A DNA stretch of 61,702 nt, filler included. It is 4 parts of 4 records of this genome, joined end to end, with 100 filler letters (N's around TTAATTAATTAA, not from the genome) between each part and the next. Parts side by side here need not be neighbours in the genome. Positions count along the whole stretch, not along the records: positions 11,289 to 42,856 come from DRR723986_9303; 3 more parts are not named here. One strand, written 5' to 3'. This document shows positions 22,172 to 31,799 of this stretch, one piece after another (position 1 is the stretch's first letter; each line of letters begins with the position of its first letter). Position numbers and translations under genes: made by a program. Under the pieces are notes generated by a model. That model did not search any database, was not told the origin of the DNA, and saw nothing but the letters and a program-made list of their open reading frames with translations.

Positions 22172-22390
22172 AGGTCCGTCCAAAAATCAAAGATCGTCAA
22201 GTCGCGATGTCAGTTCCCCAAGGGGGCCTACATCGTAACCAGGTCGCAGCCTGTTGCGCGTCGATCTGTGCGTTTTGGTGTGATTCCTGTCATAACATAT
22301 ATGCTGACCCCGGTCATTGGGGTCGGTCTGCGCCAAATGCGACGCAACCATACACCAGCGACATCAATGGTGTATTCAGGGGTGCGCACC

Positions 22391-22756
22391 TCAAAACAGC
22401 TTTAGTTGCAGACCGTACAATCGGTGGCATATGGTCGGGTTCCAGTCCAACTGTACCGGCCCCTTTGAGAACGCTGGCAAGTCCTCGCGCCAATCACTGC
22501 CTGCACCATCGTCCCAAGCGGCAATCTGATCGACCTGCGCTGTGATTTTGGCCATGTTCAGATCAATCATCGGAGTGATCAGTAAGTTATCGCCTTCGTT
22601 CGGGACCACAAAAATCGTCGGGCACCCGGAAACTATACGCAGGTAGTCTTAAGAGCCGGTCAGGTAATAGACATTGTCGTCATTTGTGATCAACGCGACA
22701 TAAATATTGCTTTCGGTCATCCGGTAGCGAAGATCTTGAATGCGGGCATCAATCAT
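22391..22756 (-). pseudogene. Decayed Xaa-Pro peptidase/creatinase (M24) family gene, N-terminal domain only
   Basis: AAGGAG RBS, then MIDARIQDLRYRMTESNIYVALITNDDNVYYLTGS*DYLRIVSGCPTIFVVPNEGDNLLITP. This is a Creatinase_N-type pattern (R..L...M....ALIT..DNVYYLTG) broken by an in-frame TAA at 22649-22651. No catalytic domain is recognisable before the hydantoinase A gene. Confidence 0.7.
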
Positions 22757-22894
22757 TTGGTGGCTCCTTGTGTTTGCGAGGGCTGCGGTTTGCTTTGATA
22801 ATGCGATGTTAAATGGCCTTCGACATCTGATTACGACTGTAAAAATTGTCATAAAGTGCCGTGCTGTGGGTGAATTTTTCTACAGTTTTACCTG

Positions 22895-22910
22895 TTAGAG
22901 CTCTCTTAAC
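22895..22910. promoter_or_regulatory. CtrA-box-like site upstream of motB
   Basis: TTAG-AGCTCTC-TTAAC (one mismatch to TTAA-N7-TTAAC). Confidence 0.55.
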
Positions 22911-22958
22911 ACCTCGCCTGATATCCCGGTTATGGGTGATTAAAATAAGGTGGTGGAG

Positions 22959-23798
22959 ATGAGTGCGCAGACGAATGTCGCGCCGGTCATCATCAAACGT
23001 AAAAAGGTAGTAGGTGGCGATGGCCACCATGGCGGAGCCTGGAAGGTCGCTTATGCGGACTTCGTGACGGCGATGATGGCCTTTTTTATGTTGATGTGGC
23101 TGCTGAATGCGACGACTGAAAAGCAACGAAAAGGGTTGGCGGATTATTTTTCGCCAACGATTCCGATTAATCCAACTTCTGGTGGCGGGAGCGGTGCCTT
23201 TGGTGGCCAGAACATGTTCTCAGAAGATACCATGGTCATGGATGGAACAGGTGCGGTTAACCGCGCCCCATCCGATGCGCGACGGTCTCGTGGGGCTACA
23301 GGCGTAGATACCCGTGGGGATGAGCGGAAAAAGCATGATGAGTTCAAATCCCTTGAGGCTGCGTTGCAGGGACGCGGTGGGGAAAGTCTGGTTTCGAGTA
23401 AGGCCCTAAAGCACATTGTGACCAAAGTGACGGACGAAGGATTGATCATTGAGTTGTTTGCCACCGAAGGGGCGCCCTTGTTTGTTGAAAATACCAACAA
23501 ACCAACGCCCTTGATGAAAGAGTTGGCGCAGGTGATCGTGCGAGCGTCTGATCTGGTGAACAATGGTGTAGCAATTGGTGGTCATATACGGGCGCATCCT
23601 GTTGTCTTGGCAGCAAGCCCGGTTTGGGAGTTGTCGACAGCACGCGCTGGGCGGACACGAACACTGTTCGAAGCGCTTGGTTTGCCAGCGGAACGCATTC
23701 AACGCGTAACTGGACATGCGGATCGAAAACTGACTGACAAGAATCCGATGGCAGTTCGCAACAATCGCATCGAAGTCGTGTTCCTGCGGAACCTGTGA
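22959..23798 (+). CDS. motB: Flagellar stator protein MotB
   Basis: HHGGAWKVAYADFVTAMMAFFMLMWLL plug/TM motif plus OmpA-like domain (WELSTARA...RNNRIEV). Confidence 0.95.
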   Translation: MSAQTNVAPVIIKRKKVVGGDGHHGGAWKVAYADFVTAMMAFFMLMWLLNATTEKQRKGLADYFSPTIPINPTSGGGSGAFGGQNMFSEDTMVMDGTGAVNRAPSDARRSRGATGVDTRGDERKKHDEFKSLEAALQGRGGESLVSSKALKHIVTKVTDEGLIIELFATEGAPLFVENTNKPTPLMKELAQVIVRASDLVNNGVAIGGHIRAHPVVLAASPVWELSTARAGRTRTLFEALGLPAERIQRVTGHADRKLTDKNPMAVRNNRIEVVFLRNL

Positions 23799-23824
23799 TC
23801 CAGAATTACAGAGCTTTTTAATTG

Positions 23825-23840
23825 TTAGCCGCCTGTTAAG
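23825..23840. promoter_or_regulatory. CtrA-box-like site upstream of flgE
   Basis: TTAG-CCGCCTG-TTAAG in the motB-flgE spacer. Confidence 0.5.
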
Positions 23841-23897
23841 TGGTCGCACGCTACCTGTTGCATCAGACGAGTTTTGATGCAGCAGAAAGGCGTATCC

Positions 23898-25199
23898 ATG
23901 ACTATTTCTTCCTCGCTTAATGCCGGGGTCGCGGCGTTAAGAGCGAATGCCAACCGCTTGGCAACGATTTCGGACAATATCGCGAATTCTTCTACCTTTG
24001 GGTACAAACGGGTGGAAACTGATTTCCATTCGATGGTGAATTCCAGCACGGGGGGGACATATACAGCGGGTGGGGTGCGAACCAGCACCCAGCGTATGGT
24101 CGATTCGCGTGGCTCGCTCGTGACGACATCAAATGCCACGGATTTGGCTGTTCGGGGGCGCGGTATGTTGCCTGTATCGCGTGTTTCTGAGGTGGAAAGT
24201 GGGAATGGTTCGGCAAATATGCTGCTGACCACGACCGGGTCATTTAGGACAGACTCCAGCGGTCGGTTGGTGACCGAATCGGGGCTGACGTTGTTGGGTT
24301 GGCCTGCTCGATCAGATGGCAGCATTCCCACATTTCCCAGAGACACTTCTGTCGGATTAGAGCCGGTTAAGCTGAGTGTGAATCAGTTGTCCGGGTCCCC
24401 AACGACACGCATGTCTCTGGGTATCAATTTACCGGCGACCTCAACAGATGCGGGATCGACGGTAGGTCCAGAGAATCTGCCAGTCGAATACTTTGGCAAC
24501 CTGGGTAAGTCGGAAAACATTCAGATCGAATTTGTCCCAACGGTTCCAGCCACAGGGTCGTCGAACGAATGGACGATGACATTGCGGGATACGGCCTCTG
24601 GTGATGCGGTCGTTGGCGAATATACACTGACCTTTACAGACAGCCGGACAAATGGGGGCACATTGGACAGCGTCACAACGGTCTCTGGTGGAGCCTACGA
24701 TGCAACAGCGGGCACGCTGGTTGTTGATACCGCTGGTGGTCCAATTGAAATCAAAATCGGGCAGCTAGGAGATACCAGTGGTATCACGCAGCTTAGCGAT
24801 CGCTTTGCGCCGGTTTCGATCAGCAAAGATGGTTCAGCCGTCGGCAGTATGACCCGAGTCGAAGTTGACGAGAATGGCTATGTTCACGCGTTCTTTGATT
24901 CTGGTGCCAGCCGCCGGATTTATCAGATCCCACTGGTTGATTTGCCCAATCCCAACGGCATGATTGCGATGGATAAGCAAACCTATGCGGCCTCTCGCGA
25001 AAGCGGATCGGTGTTCCTGTGGGATGCGGGTGATGGTCCAACTGGCGATCTCGTGTCATTCGCCCGCGAGGAATCCGCCACGGATATTGCCACAGAGCTG
25101 ACTGCAATGATCCAGACACAGCGGGCGTATTCATCAAGCGCCAAGGTTATCCAAACGGTTGATGAGATGTTGCAGGAAACCACCAACATCAAACGTTGA
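23898..25199 (+). CDS. flgE: Flagellar hook protein FlgE
   Basis: ISDNIANSSTFGYK, TDLAVRGRG, TGSFRTD, EESATDIATELTAMIQTQRAYSSSAKVIQTVDEML; GAAAGG RBS. Confidence 0.94.
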   Translation: MTISSSLNAGVAALRANANRLATISDNIANSSTFGYKRVETDFHSMVNSSTGGTYTAGGVRTSTQRMVDSRGSLVTTSNATDLAVRGRGMLPVSRVSEVESGNGSANMLLTTTGSFRTDSSGRLVTESGLTLLGWPARSDGSIPTFPRDTSVGLEPVKLSVNQLSGSPTTRMSLGINLPATSTDAGSTVGPENLPVEYFGNLGKSENIQIEFVPTVPATGSSNEWTMTLRDTASGDAVVGEYTLTFTDSRTNGGTLDSVTTVSGGAYDATAGTLVVDTAGGPIEIKIGQLGDTSGITQLSDRFAPVSISKDGSAVGSMTRVEVDENGYVHAFFDSGASRRIYQIPLVDLPNPNGMIAMDKQTYAASRESGSVFLWDAGDGPTGDLVSFAREESATDIATELTAMIQTQRAYSSSAKVIQTVDEMLQETTNIKR

Positions 25200-25241
25200 T
25201 CTATCGGGTAACCTGATCGTTTTTCCTAAAGGAGGGTCCCT

Positions 25242-26693
25242 ATGACCATCTCTGCTGCTTTCAATACCGCTATGAGCGGACTTACTGCTGCAAGTCGCGC
25301 ATCGGGGCTTGTTTCCGAAAACATAGCGAATGCCCTGACACCTGGGTACGCACGGCGTTCGCTTGAATTGTCTTCGGATGCGGTAACGGGCAGGGGGGTA
25401 CAGGTTGTAGGGATCACACGTCACACGGATCCTGTCCTTTTGGCCAATCGGAGAGCGGCGGATTCAGCCCATGGATCCGCCAATACGCTGTCGAGTTTCC
25501 ACACCAATTTAGAGAATTTGGTCGGGCGCTCTGGGGCAGCGGATTCGATCTCGACCCGCTTGTCCACGTTTGAGAATAAATTGCTCACGGCGGCAAGCAT
25601 GCCTGATTCGGCCACTCGGCTGGATGGTGCATCAGCGGCGGGTAAAGACTTGGCGCATAGCTTGAACGATGCATCCGATGGATTAAGAGCCGCTCGTACC
25701 CGGGCAGACAAGAGCATCAATACGCAGGTAAATCGCCTGAATGATGTGCTGCAATCCGTTCAGGATCTGAATGCTCGTATTCAATCTGTAGGGACCGGAA
25801 AAGGGAATACAGCAAACCTGTTAGACCAGCGCCAATTGTTGATTGATGAAATCAACGAGATGATTCCGGTGAACGTGATCAATCGTGAAAATGGCAAAGT
25901 CGCGCTGTATTCTGAGGGCGGTGCCATTCTTGTGGACGGTAGCGCCGCTACGCTTTCGTTTGCGCCGGTGAATGAAGCTCAACCCCATATGACAGTCGAA
26001 AATGGACTGCTGTCAGGTCTAAAGATTAACGACATCCCTGTGCAAACAAGCGGGCAAAATACTGCGATCCGTGGCGGGACCTTGGCGGCGCAATTTGAAA
26101 TTCGCGATGTGCTGGCGACGGATGCGCAACAGGATCTGGACGCAGTTGCGCAAGATCTGATCGAACGTTTCGAAGCCGCAGGCGTCGACCCGACACGTAC
26201 ACCCGGCCAACCCGGGCTGTTTACAGATGCGGGCGCTGCACTGGGATCCCCTTCTGCACCTGGTCTTGCTGGACGGTTGGCTGTGAACGCAGCAGTGGAT
26301 CCCTCTCAAGGGGGGCAAAGTTGGAGATTGCGTGCCGGGCTAGAGGCCGCGGGGCCAGGCGCCGCCGGGGATGCCACTCTTCTCAAGGCTTTTGACAAGG
26401 CGCTGACAGATGCACGGCCCATGTCGACTGATCGTTTTGGTACGGGTGCCCTCTCTGCAGGGGACGTGAGCGCAGGGCTTCTTTCCCGCGTCGCGCAAAA
26501 CAGTAACTCAGCAGCGCAAATTCTGACGTTTTCCGCTGCGAATAAGACAGAAATGGAACGACTGGAGCTGGAAAAGGGCGTGGATACCGATGCGGAACTC
26601 CAGTCTTTGATGCTTGTTGAAAGAGCTTATGCCGCGAATGCCCGTGTGATCGAGACGGTCAATGGGCTGATGGACACTTTGTTGAGGTTGTAA
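25242..26693 (+). CDS. flgK: Hook-associated protein FlgK
   Basis: SENIANALTPGYARR, LLDQRQLLIDE, GVDTDAELQSLMLVERAYAANARVI; AGGAGG RBS. Confidence 0.92.
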   Translation: MTISAAFNTAMSGLTAASRASGLVSENIANALTPGYARRSLELSSDAVTGRGVQVVGITRHTDPVLLANRRAADSAHGSANTLSSFHTNLENLVGRSGAADSISTRLSTFENKLLTAASMPDSATRLDGASAAGKDLAHSLNDASDGLRAARTRADKSINTQVNRLNDVLQSVQDLNARIQSVGTGKGNTANLLDQRQLLIDEINEMIPVNVINRENGKVALYSEGGAILVDGSAATLSFAPVNEAQPHMTVENGLLSGLKINDIPVQTSGQNTAIRGGTLAAQFEIRDVLATDAQQDLDAVAQDLIERFEAAGVDPTRTPGQPGLFTDAGAALGSPSAPGLAGRLAVNAAVDPSQGGQSWRLRAGLEAAGPGAAGDATLLKAFDKALTDARPMSTDRFGTGALSAGDVSAGLLSRVAQNSNSAAQILTFSAANKTEMERLELEKGVDTDAELQSLMLVERAYAANARVIETVNGLMDTLLRL

Positions 26694-26695
26694 GG

Positions 26696-27703
26696 ATGAG
26701 TATGAATTCTATCGGAGATTTGGCGCAAAGCCTTACACTACGCGCTCGGAGCGTTCTGATCAAAAATGAGATCGAGACGTTAACTCAGGAAATGTCGACA
26801 GGTGAAACAGCGAATATCACACAACGCTTAGCTGGGGATTATTCGCATCTGTCTGACATTGACCGTAACCTAAGCCGTATTCAGGGGTTTTCTGTTACGA
26901 CTGCAGAAACGGGGGTGATGCTTTCGTCGGCTCAAACTCACCTAGAAATTCTGCACACTCGAACGGACGAATTGGCGAATGCGCTGACAGCGGTTGGTTC
27001 TTTTGGCCAAACTGTAAACCGTGAACAGATCAGCAATCAGGCGCAGGGTGATTTGAACACAATGGTGGCGTCTTTGAACAGCTCAGTTGGGGGGCGCAGC
27101 CTATTTGCAGGGGTGGCGACAGATACAATCGCTCTGAACTCTGGCGAGACACTCTTGGCGGTTCTTAAATCTGCTATCATTGGGCAAACGACCGCGGCTG
27201 ATGTGCTGCAGACGGCAGAGAATTGGTTCAACGATCCCGCCGGATTCAAAACAAGCATGTATCGGGGATCTGACCAGACGCTTGCTGCTTTTGAAGTCAC
27301 CGATGGGGAAGAGGTTTCGTTTAAGCTCAAGGCAGATGATCCCGCGTTTCGTGATATGTTGAAAGCCACTGCTTTGGCCTCTTTGGCGACGGACGCGGCG
27401 GTCGGTCTGAACCCTCAGGAACAGGCGGAATTGTTGAAAAACCTCGGAGGTCAGCTGGCGACCAGCCGGGATACCCTAGTGGGCGTTCGCGCAAATATCG
27501 GGTTTTCTGAGGCGCGAATAGAGCAGGTTGAAACCCGAAACGCAGCCAGCAAGACAAGCCTGGAATACGCCAGACGAGAGCTGTTGGAAGCTGACCCATT
27601 TGAAACCGCAACGCGGCTCAAGGCTGTCCAGTTTCAGCTTGAAAGCCTTTACACTGTTACGGTTCGCACGTCGCAACTCTCACTTGTGAATTTCCTGAGA
27701 TGA
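26696..27703 (+). CDS. flgL: Hook-associated protein FlgL (flagellin-like)
   Basis: LTQEMSTG, GRSLFAG and C-terminal ADPFETATRL...LESLY..T.RTSQLSLVNFL; follows flgK. Confidence 0.88.
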   Translation: MSMNSIGDLAQSLTLRARSVLIKNEIETLTQEMSTGETANITQRLAGDYSHLSDIDRNLSRIQGFSVTTAETGVMLSSAQTHLEILHTRTDELANALTAVGSFGQTVNREQISNQAQGDLNTMVASLNSSVGGRSLFAGVATDTIALNSGETLLAVLKSAIIGQTTAADVLQTAENWFNDPAGFKTSMYRGSDQTLAAFEVTDGEEVSFKLKADDPAFRDMLKATALASLATDAAVGLNPQEQAELLKNLGGQLATSRDTLVGVRANIGFSEARIEQVETRNAASKTSLEYARRELLEADPFETATRLKAVQFQLESLYTVTVRTSQLSLVNFLR

Positions 27704-28800
27704 GCTTTTTTCGTATATTAGCCTTGTGCCTGTTGCTGCCTACGGCGTTACAGGCGGGCACGATCCGGTTGAAGGATCTGGTGAATTTCGATGGCGTGCG
27801 CAGCAATGATCTTGTTGGGTATGGACTTGTTGTCGGGTTGAACGGCACGGGGGATGGGTTGCGAAACTCTCCCTTTACCGAAGAAATCATGTCCAACATT
27901 CTGGAACGTTTGGGCGTGAATATAACGGGTGAACAATTTCGGCCCAAAAACGTGGCAGCGGTGTTTGTAACCGCCGAACTGCCGCCTTTTTCCCGTGTTG
28001 GAGGGCAGATTGACGTCACTGTATCGGCGATTGGGGATTCAAAGGGTTTGCTGGGTGGCACATTGATTATGACACCGCTGAATGCCGCAGATGGTCAGAT
28101 CTATGCTGTTGCGCAGGGGACGGTCCTTGCGGGCGGCGCCTCAGCCGAAGGCGAAGCAGGGTCGGTCACACGCGGGGTTCCTACGTCTGGTGTTATTCCC
28201 TCCGGCGCGCGGGTGGAGCGTGAAATTGACTTTGATCTTGCAACGCTCACCCAGCTTAGGTTGGCACTTCGAGAGCCGGATTTCACCACTGCGGGTCGCA
28301 TCGAAACAGCCATCAATCGTGAATTCAATCGCCGGGTGGCAATTATGCGCGATTCAGGAACCATTGAATTGGATGTTTCGGCCACAAATGTTGCATCGAC
28401 AGCGCATGCGATTGGCCGCATCGAGAACATTCGGGTTGAGCCACAGCGCAAGGCGCGGGTTGTGGTGGATCAGCGATCTGGAACCATTGTTATGGGGGAT
28501 GATGTGCGTATTTCGCGGGTCGCGGTCTCACAAGGTAGTTTGACCTTACGCGTTGAAGAGACACCTTTGGCAGTGCAGCCCAATCCGTTTTCTGATGGCG
28601 AAACTGTTGTGGTTCCACGAACCAATGTGGCGATCGAAGAAGGCGAGGGCATAAAATTGGCAGAAGTGCCAGAAAGCACATCTTTGGCTGAAGTTGTTGC
28701 AGGGCTAAATGCGCTGGGCGTCTCGCCGCGAGACATGATCGATATCTTGAAAACGATCAAAGCCGCAGGCGCCTTACATGCTGAGTTTGTTGTCAGGTAA
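27700..28800 (+). CDS. flgI: Flagellar P-ring protein FlgI
   Basis: Signal peptide, RLKDL...GVRSNDLVGYGLVVGLNGTGD, KNVAAVFVTA, GGTLIMTPL, ILKTIKAAGALHAE. Confidence 0.96.
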   Translation: MSFFRILALCLLLPTALQAGTIRLKDLVNFDGVRSNDLVGYGLVVGLNGTGDGLRNSPFTEEIMSNILERLGVNITGEQFRPKNVAAVFVTAELPPFSRVGGQIDVTVSAIGDSKGLLGGTLIMTPLNAADGQIYAVAQGTVLAGGASAEGEAGSVTRGVPTSGVIPSGARVEREIDFDLATLTQLRLALREPDFTTAGRIETAINREFNRRVAIMRDSGTIELDVSATNVASTAHAIGRIENIRVEPQRKARVVVDQRSGTIVMGDDVRISRVAVSQGSLTLRVEETPLAVQPNPFSDGETVVVPRTNVAIEEGEGIKLAEVPESTSLAEVVAGLNALGVSPRDMIDILKTIKAAGALHAEFVVR

Positions 28801-29101
28801 ACTGAGTTGAAGGGCCGCGTTCACTTGGCATTGCAAAGCATGCCCATCTGAAGGAAAGCCATCGTGATCGGATAAAGGTGTCAAGTGATGTCAGTGACCT
28901 ATGTGGTCCCTGGCAGCTGAAGTGCGGAGTTTGCCCGATTTAACTTTGCGCAGTTTGCGAGATCAAATCTGAAAACTGTGATGGGTGACAGACGTTGGGC
29001 TTAAAACTATTCGACGCCCTATGCGGTTTCCGCGGTGTGCCGTCGCTGATTGCCAGACCTTGCACAGGCCAGAGCTCTTTGCGGTTTCTTGTGTGGGTCT
29101 G

Positions 29102-30022
29102 CTACTCAACCTGAGCTGACACTTTCCCCGAATTGGCCTCTATGCAAAGGGTTTCGAAATACGTTCGATGGCTGAGGGTATCTTCCAACATCCGAAAGCA
29201 CCAGCTGCAGGACGTATCGGTACAGGTTACCGAGGGATCACTGGTCAATTCGTACACCACAGAATTGCCATTGGTGCGCACTACGAATAGCCAATCCTTG
29301 AATCGGGTTTTTGGTACCAAGTGGTCAAGCGCTTCACGTTCGCTCAATCTGGCGGTCACAGGCTTGGCTGTTTTCGAACCAACTGAAAGAGGTGCAGCGC
29401 GCACCACCACAAATCCAAGTTCTTGCGAACTGGAGTTATGCGCCCATGTTTCGGGTGAACTATCGACCACGGAGTAAGGGCCGGGTTGCAAGATCACCTG
29501 AGGTGTGGCGATCCATTCGGCATTGGGTGTGTCAAACATTAGGGGTCGCCCTTCGGCTTGCCAAACGCCATGACCTTTGAGTCCGATTTGACCGGGTGCC
29601 GCCGTGCCTTGCCCGCCATTCCAGTGATAGGTTTGCAGATGGGTCAACATCATCGGCTCATTCAACGTGAATCCCGTGCCGCGCGCTTGGCAGTGACGAA
29701 CACCCCCTTTGTAGTAGGTGTTCAGGATCTCCACTTCAGCGCCAACTGTTGTTGGTTGAGGCTGGTCAGGTGTGGTGGAGTTTTCAGGTGGAAGTGTGGA
29801 CAGGGCATGTCCCGGTGCGGGATCAACGACGTCTGGTAAGGCGTCGCTGCCTGTCGCGACGTTGGGAAAGCCCTTGAGCATTTCACCTATTTCATCAAAG
29901 GGCTGTGCAAACAGATCTGCGAAATCAAAATTGCGATCTCGCAACAAATGAGCGTCAGAAACCGAGGCAATAACGGTGAAGGACAGAGCGAGAGCGACAG
30001 CGGTTCTTGAAACGTTCAACAT
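29102..30022 (-). CDS. Secreted hypothetical protein
   Basis: Sec-type signal (MLNVSRTAVALALSFTVIASVSDA), Pro/Thr linker, globular domain with TYHWNGGQG...PNAEW...PGPYSVVDSSPETWAHN, Cys-containing C-terminal domain; AGGA RBS. Confidence 0.75.
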   Translation of the reverse strand: MLNVSRTAVALALSFTVIASVSDAHLLRDRNFDFADLFAQPFDEIGEMLKGFPNVATGSDALPDVVDPAPGHALSTLPPENSTTPDQPQPTTVGAEVEILNTYYKGGVRHCQARGTGFTLNEPMMLTHLQTYHWNGGQGTAAPGQIGLKGHGVWQAEGRPLMFDTPNAEWIATPQVILQPGPYSVVDSSPETWAHNSSSQELGFVVVRAAPLSVGSKTAKPVTARLSEREALDHLVPKTRFKDWLFVVRTNGNSVVYELTSDPSVTCTDTSCSWCFRMLEDTLSHRTYFETLCIEANSGKVSAQVE

Positions 30023-30189
30023 GTTCAATTTCCTGATCCTTCCGACATTGGTTGGCCCAAAATGCAGTGCAAAGCATGCGTCTGGGTTCCTTCTTCGTAC
30101 GGACAGTCATCGACTTTGGGCGCGACATCACGAGCGAGCACGGCTTTTGCTTCACGGAACTTTGCGATGATTGTTGGCACATGCTCTCT

Positions 30190-30552
30190 CTAGGCGTTCC
30201 CACCAGCCTGAGCACCTGAACCCAGTCCCTTAATCTCGGCGATAAGAGCTTCGGTATTGTCGAATTCTAAGAGAGGTACCTGATATTTGGCGTCAGTCTC
30301 TTCCACGGTTTCGGACCCGTTTACGGCCTTTACATAAGTGCTGTATTCGCGACCGAGAAACCTCATGAAATCCTGCATTGGCTTCAAAACACTACGCCTG
30401 CCTTGGTGTACCAGCGTCAACTCGGCCATGAATTGCTGCGCTTGCGCTTGCGCTTTGGTTTCAAATTCTTGTGCTGCACTTGGTGCCGGCGACAGGGTCA
30501 GCTCAACAACAGCCAGAGCGGTTATGACAAATATGCGGTAATGATGGGTCAT
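30190..30552 (-). CDS. Small secreted hypothetical protein
   Basis: GAGGA RBS, then MTHHYRIFVITALAVVELTLSPAPSAA|Q signal-peptide-like start and a helical body. Confidence 0.55.
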   Translation of the reverse strand: MTHHYRIFVITALAVVELTLSPAPSAAQEFETKAQAQAQQFMAELTLVHQGRRSVLKPMQDFMRFLGREYSTYVKAVNGSETVEETDAKYQVPLLEFDNTEALIAEIKGLGSGAQAGGNA

Positions 30553-30615
30553 ATTGTAATCCTCTGTCTGTCGTTGCGGGGCTAAGGTTGCATGCGGATC
30601 AATACCCACCGGCGA

Positions 30616-31201
30616 TCAGAGCGCCGCGCCAGTAATTGGAAATACTGCCAACAATCTCGCCCACCGCGTTTTTGGGGTGCCCGTCCACAAGGGCGTTATT
30701 GTGGGTTTCTTCGCGTGCGGTGTCGGTGAACCGAATCTCGCTGCAAAAGGTGCCGGACTTCCCGTCTTCGTTTCTTGCCTGTAACCAGATGGTTTGATCT
30801 TTGAATAATTCGGTGGCCTAGTCGTAGCCGAGCTTTTGGTGTCATAACACCCCGCTAAAACCAACGGCATCTAGTCGACAAGTGCCTGAAGCGCAGGGGA
30901 ATACAGGGTGCGAGATAGGGCCGCCAATTGTTCTGGGGTTGCTTCTAGCCGTGTAGGTGTCGGACCCGGTCGCCTGTGATTTGCGTGCACGTTTGTCGCC
31001 GTGTTCGCGCGGAATGTTGTTATCCTTGGTCAGTCGTTTCGTTTCTTCGTAGAACTTGGGGCAAAAGCACTTGGTTTCCTTAAAAACGGCAACGGTGTTT
31101 AGCGCCTGATTGAACTCACCTTCAGCCTGCTGGGAGCCGTTCAAACAGTATTGAACCGGGGCTTGTGCCCCTTTCTCGTGGGCAAACTGGGAGATTGTCA
31201 T
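30616..31201 (-). pseudogene. Fragmented ORFs (possible lipoprotein remnant)
   Basis: Two short overlapping ORFs (30842-31201, 30616-30870). The second has an LVLAGC lipobox directly after an in-frame TAG and no intact signal peptide. Confidence 0.3.
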
Positions 31202-31799
31202 TTTTCCAGCAAAGGTTGGGTCGGTGCAGGTGCTCTGACAGGTAGCTGCGGCTTTGATCCGGTCAAAGCACCCTGCGACCTGCGCATGTCAGCCTGTGCG
31301 GCAGCAACCGGCACAGGTGCTGAATGTGTGGGCTTTGTCTCGGACTCTCCGAACAGGTCATCGGGCAAAGGTTTGGTAACAATTTGCATCGGTTCATTAG
31401 TTGACTGCGGGGAGGCCTGCGTCGGCAAGGCGACTGGCCAAGCAACCAGCGACGTGGTGCGGGGTTCAGGCGCAGCAACCCATTGCGACGCCAAAGGTGA
31501 CGCTTGTTGTTGGTCAGCCTGCGAGACGCGCTCCTGTAGCTCTGCCAATCTGTCGTTTGCTTCTTCTTTTCCGTGCTCAGATGCCAAAAGACACCATTTG
31601 TAGGCCTCGACAGGATCAGGTTGACCCCAGAGCCCATCGGATAGGCCACCTTCGTCGTTATTTATCGACCCCCTTGCCATTTTGAAGTTGAATAGTCGGA
31701 TAGGAAATCGTCCGAGGCCATTGCTGTAAAGGCACCAAACGCTGTTGTTGTGGCCAACCCAGCACTAAGAAAAAGCTGTTTTACAAAGCGACGCGTTAC
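31198..31799 (-). pseudogene. Frameshifted Sel1-like-repeat secreted protein
   Basis: DPVEAYKWCLLASEHGKEEANDRLAELQERVSQADQQQASPLASQW is a typical terminal Sel1 motif. Upstream, a GGGAGGG RBS precedes a signal-peptide-like frame beginning with GTA (VTRRFVKQLFLSAGLATTTAFGAFTAMA). That frame is out of phase with the Sel1 ORF near a G5 run at about 31670. Confidence 0.55.

Noticed and set aside
22649..22651. Programmed stop read-through in the M24 remnant
   Set aside because: The stop is TAA, and the gene also lacks its catalytic domain, so pseudogenisation is the simpler explanation.
28801..29101. 300-bp spacer after flgI as an sRNA or sigma54 promoter (TGGCATTGCAAAGC)
   Set aside because: The GG-N10-GC element lacks the TTGC -12 box and points at no gene. 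No convincing structure or terminator was seen.
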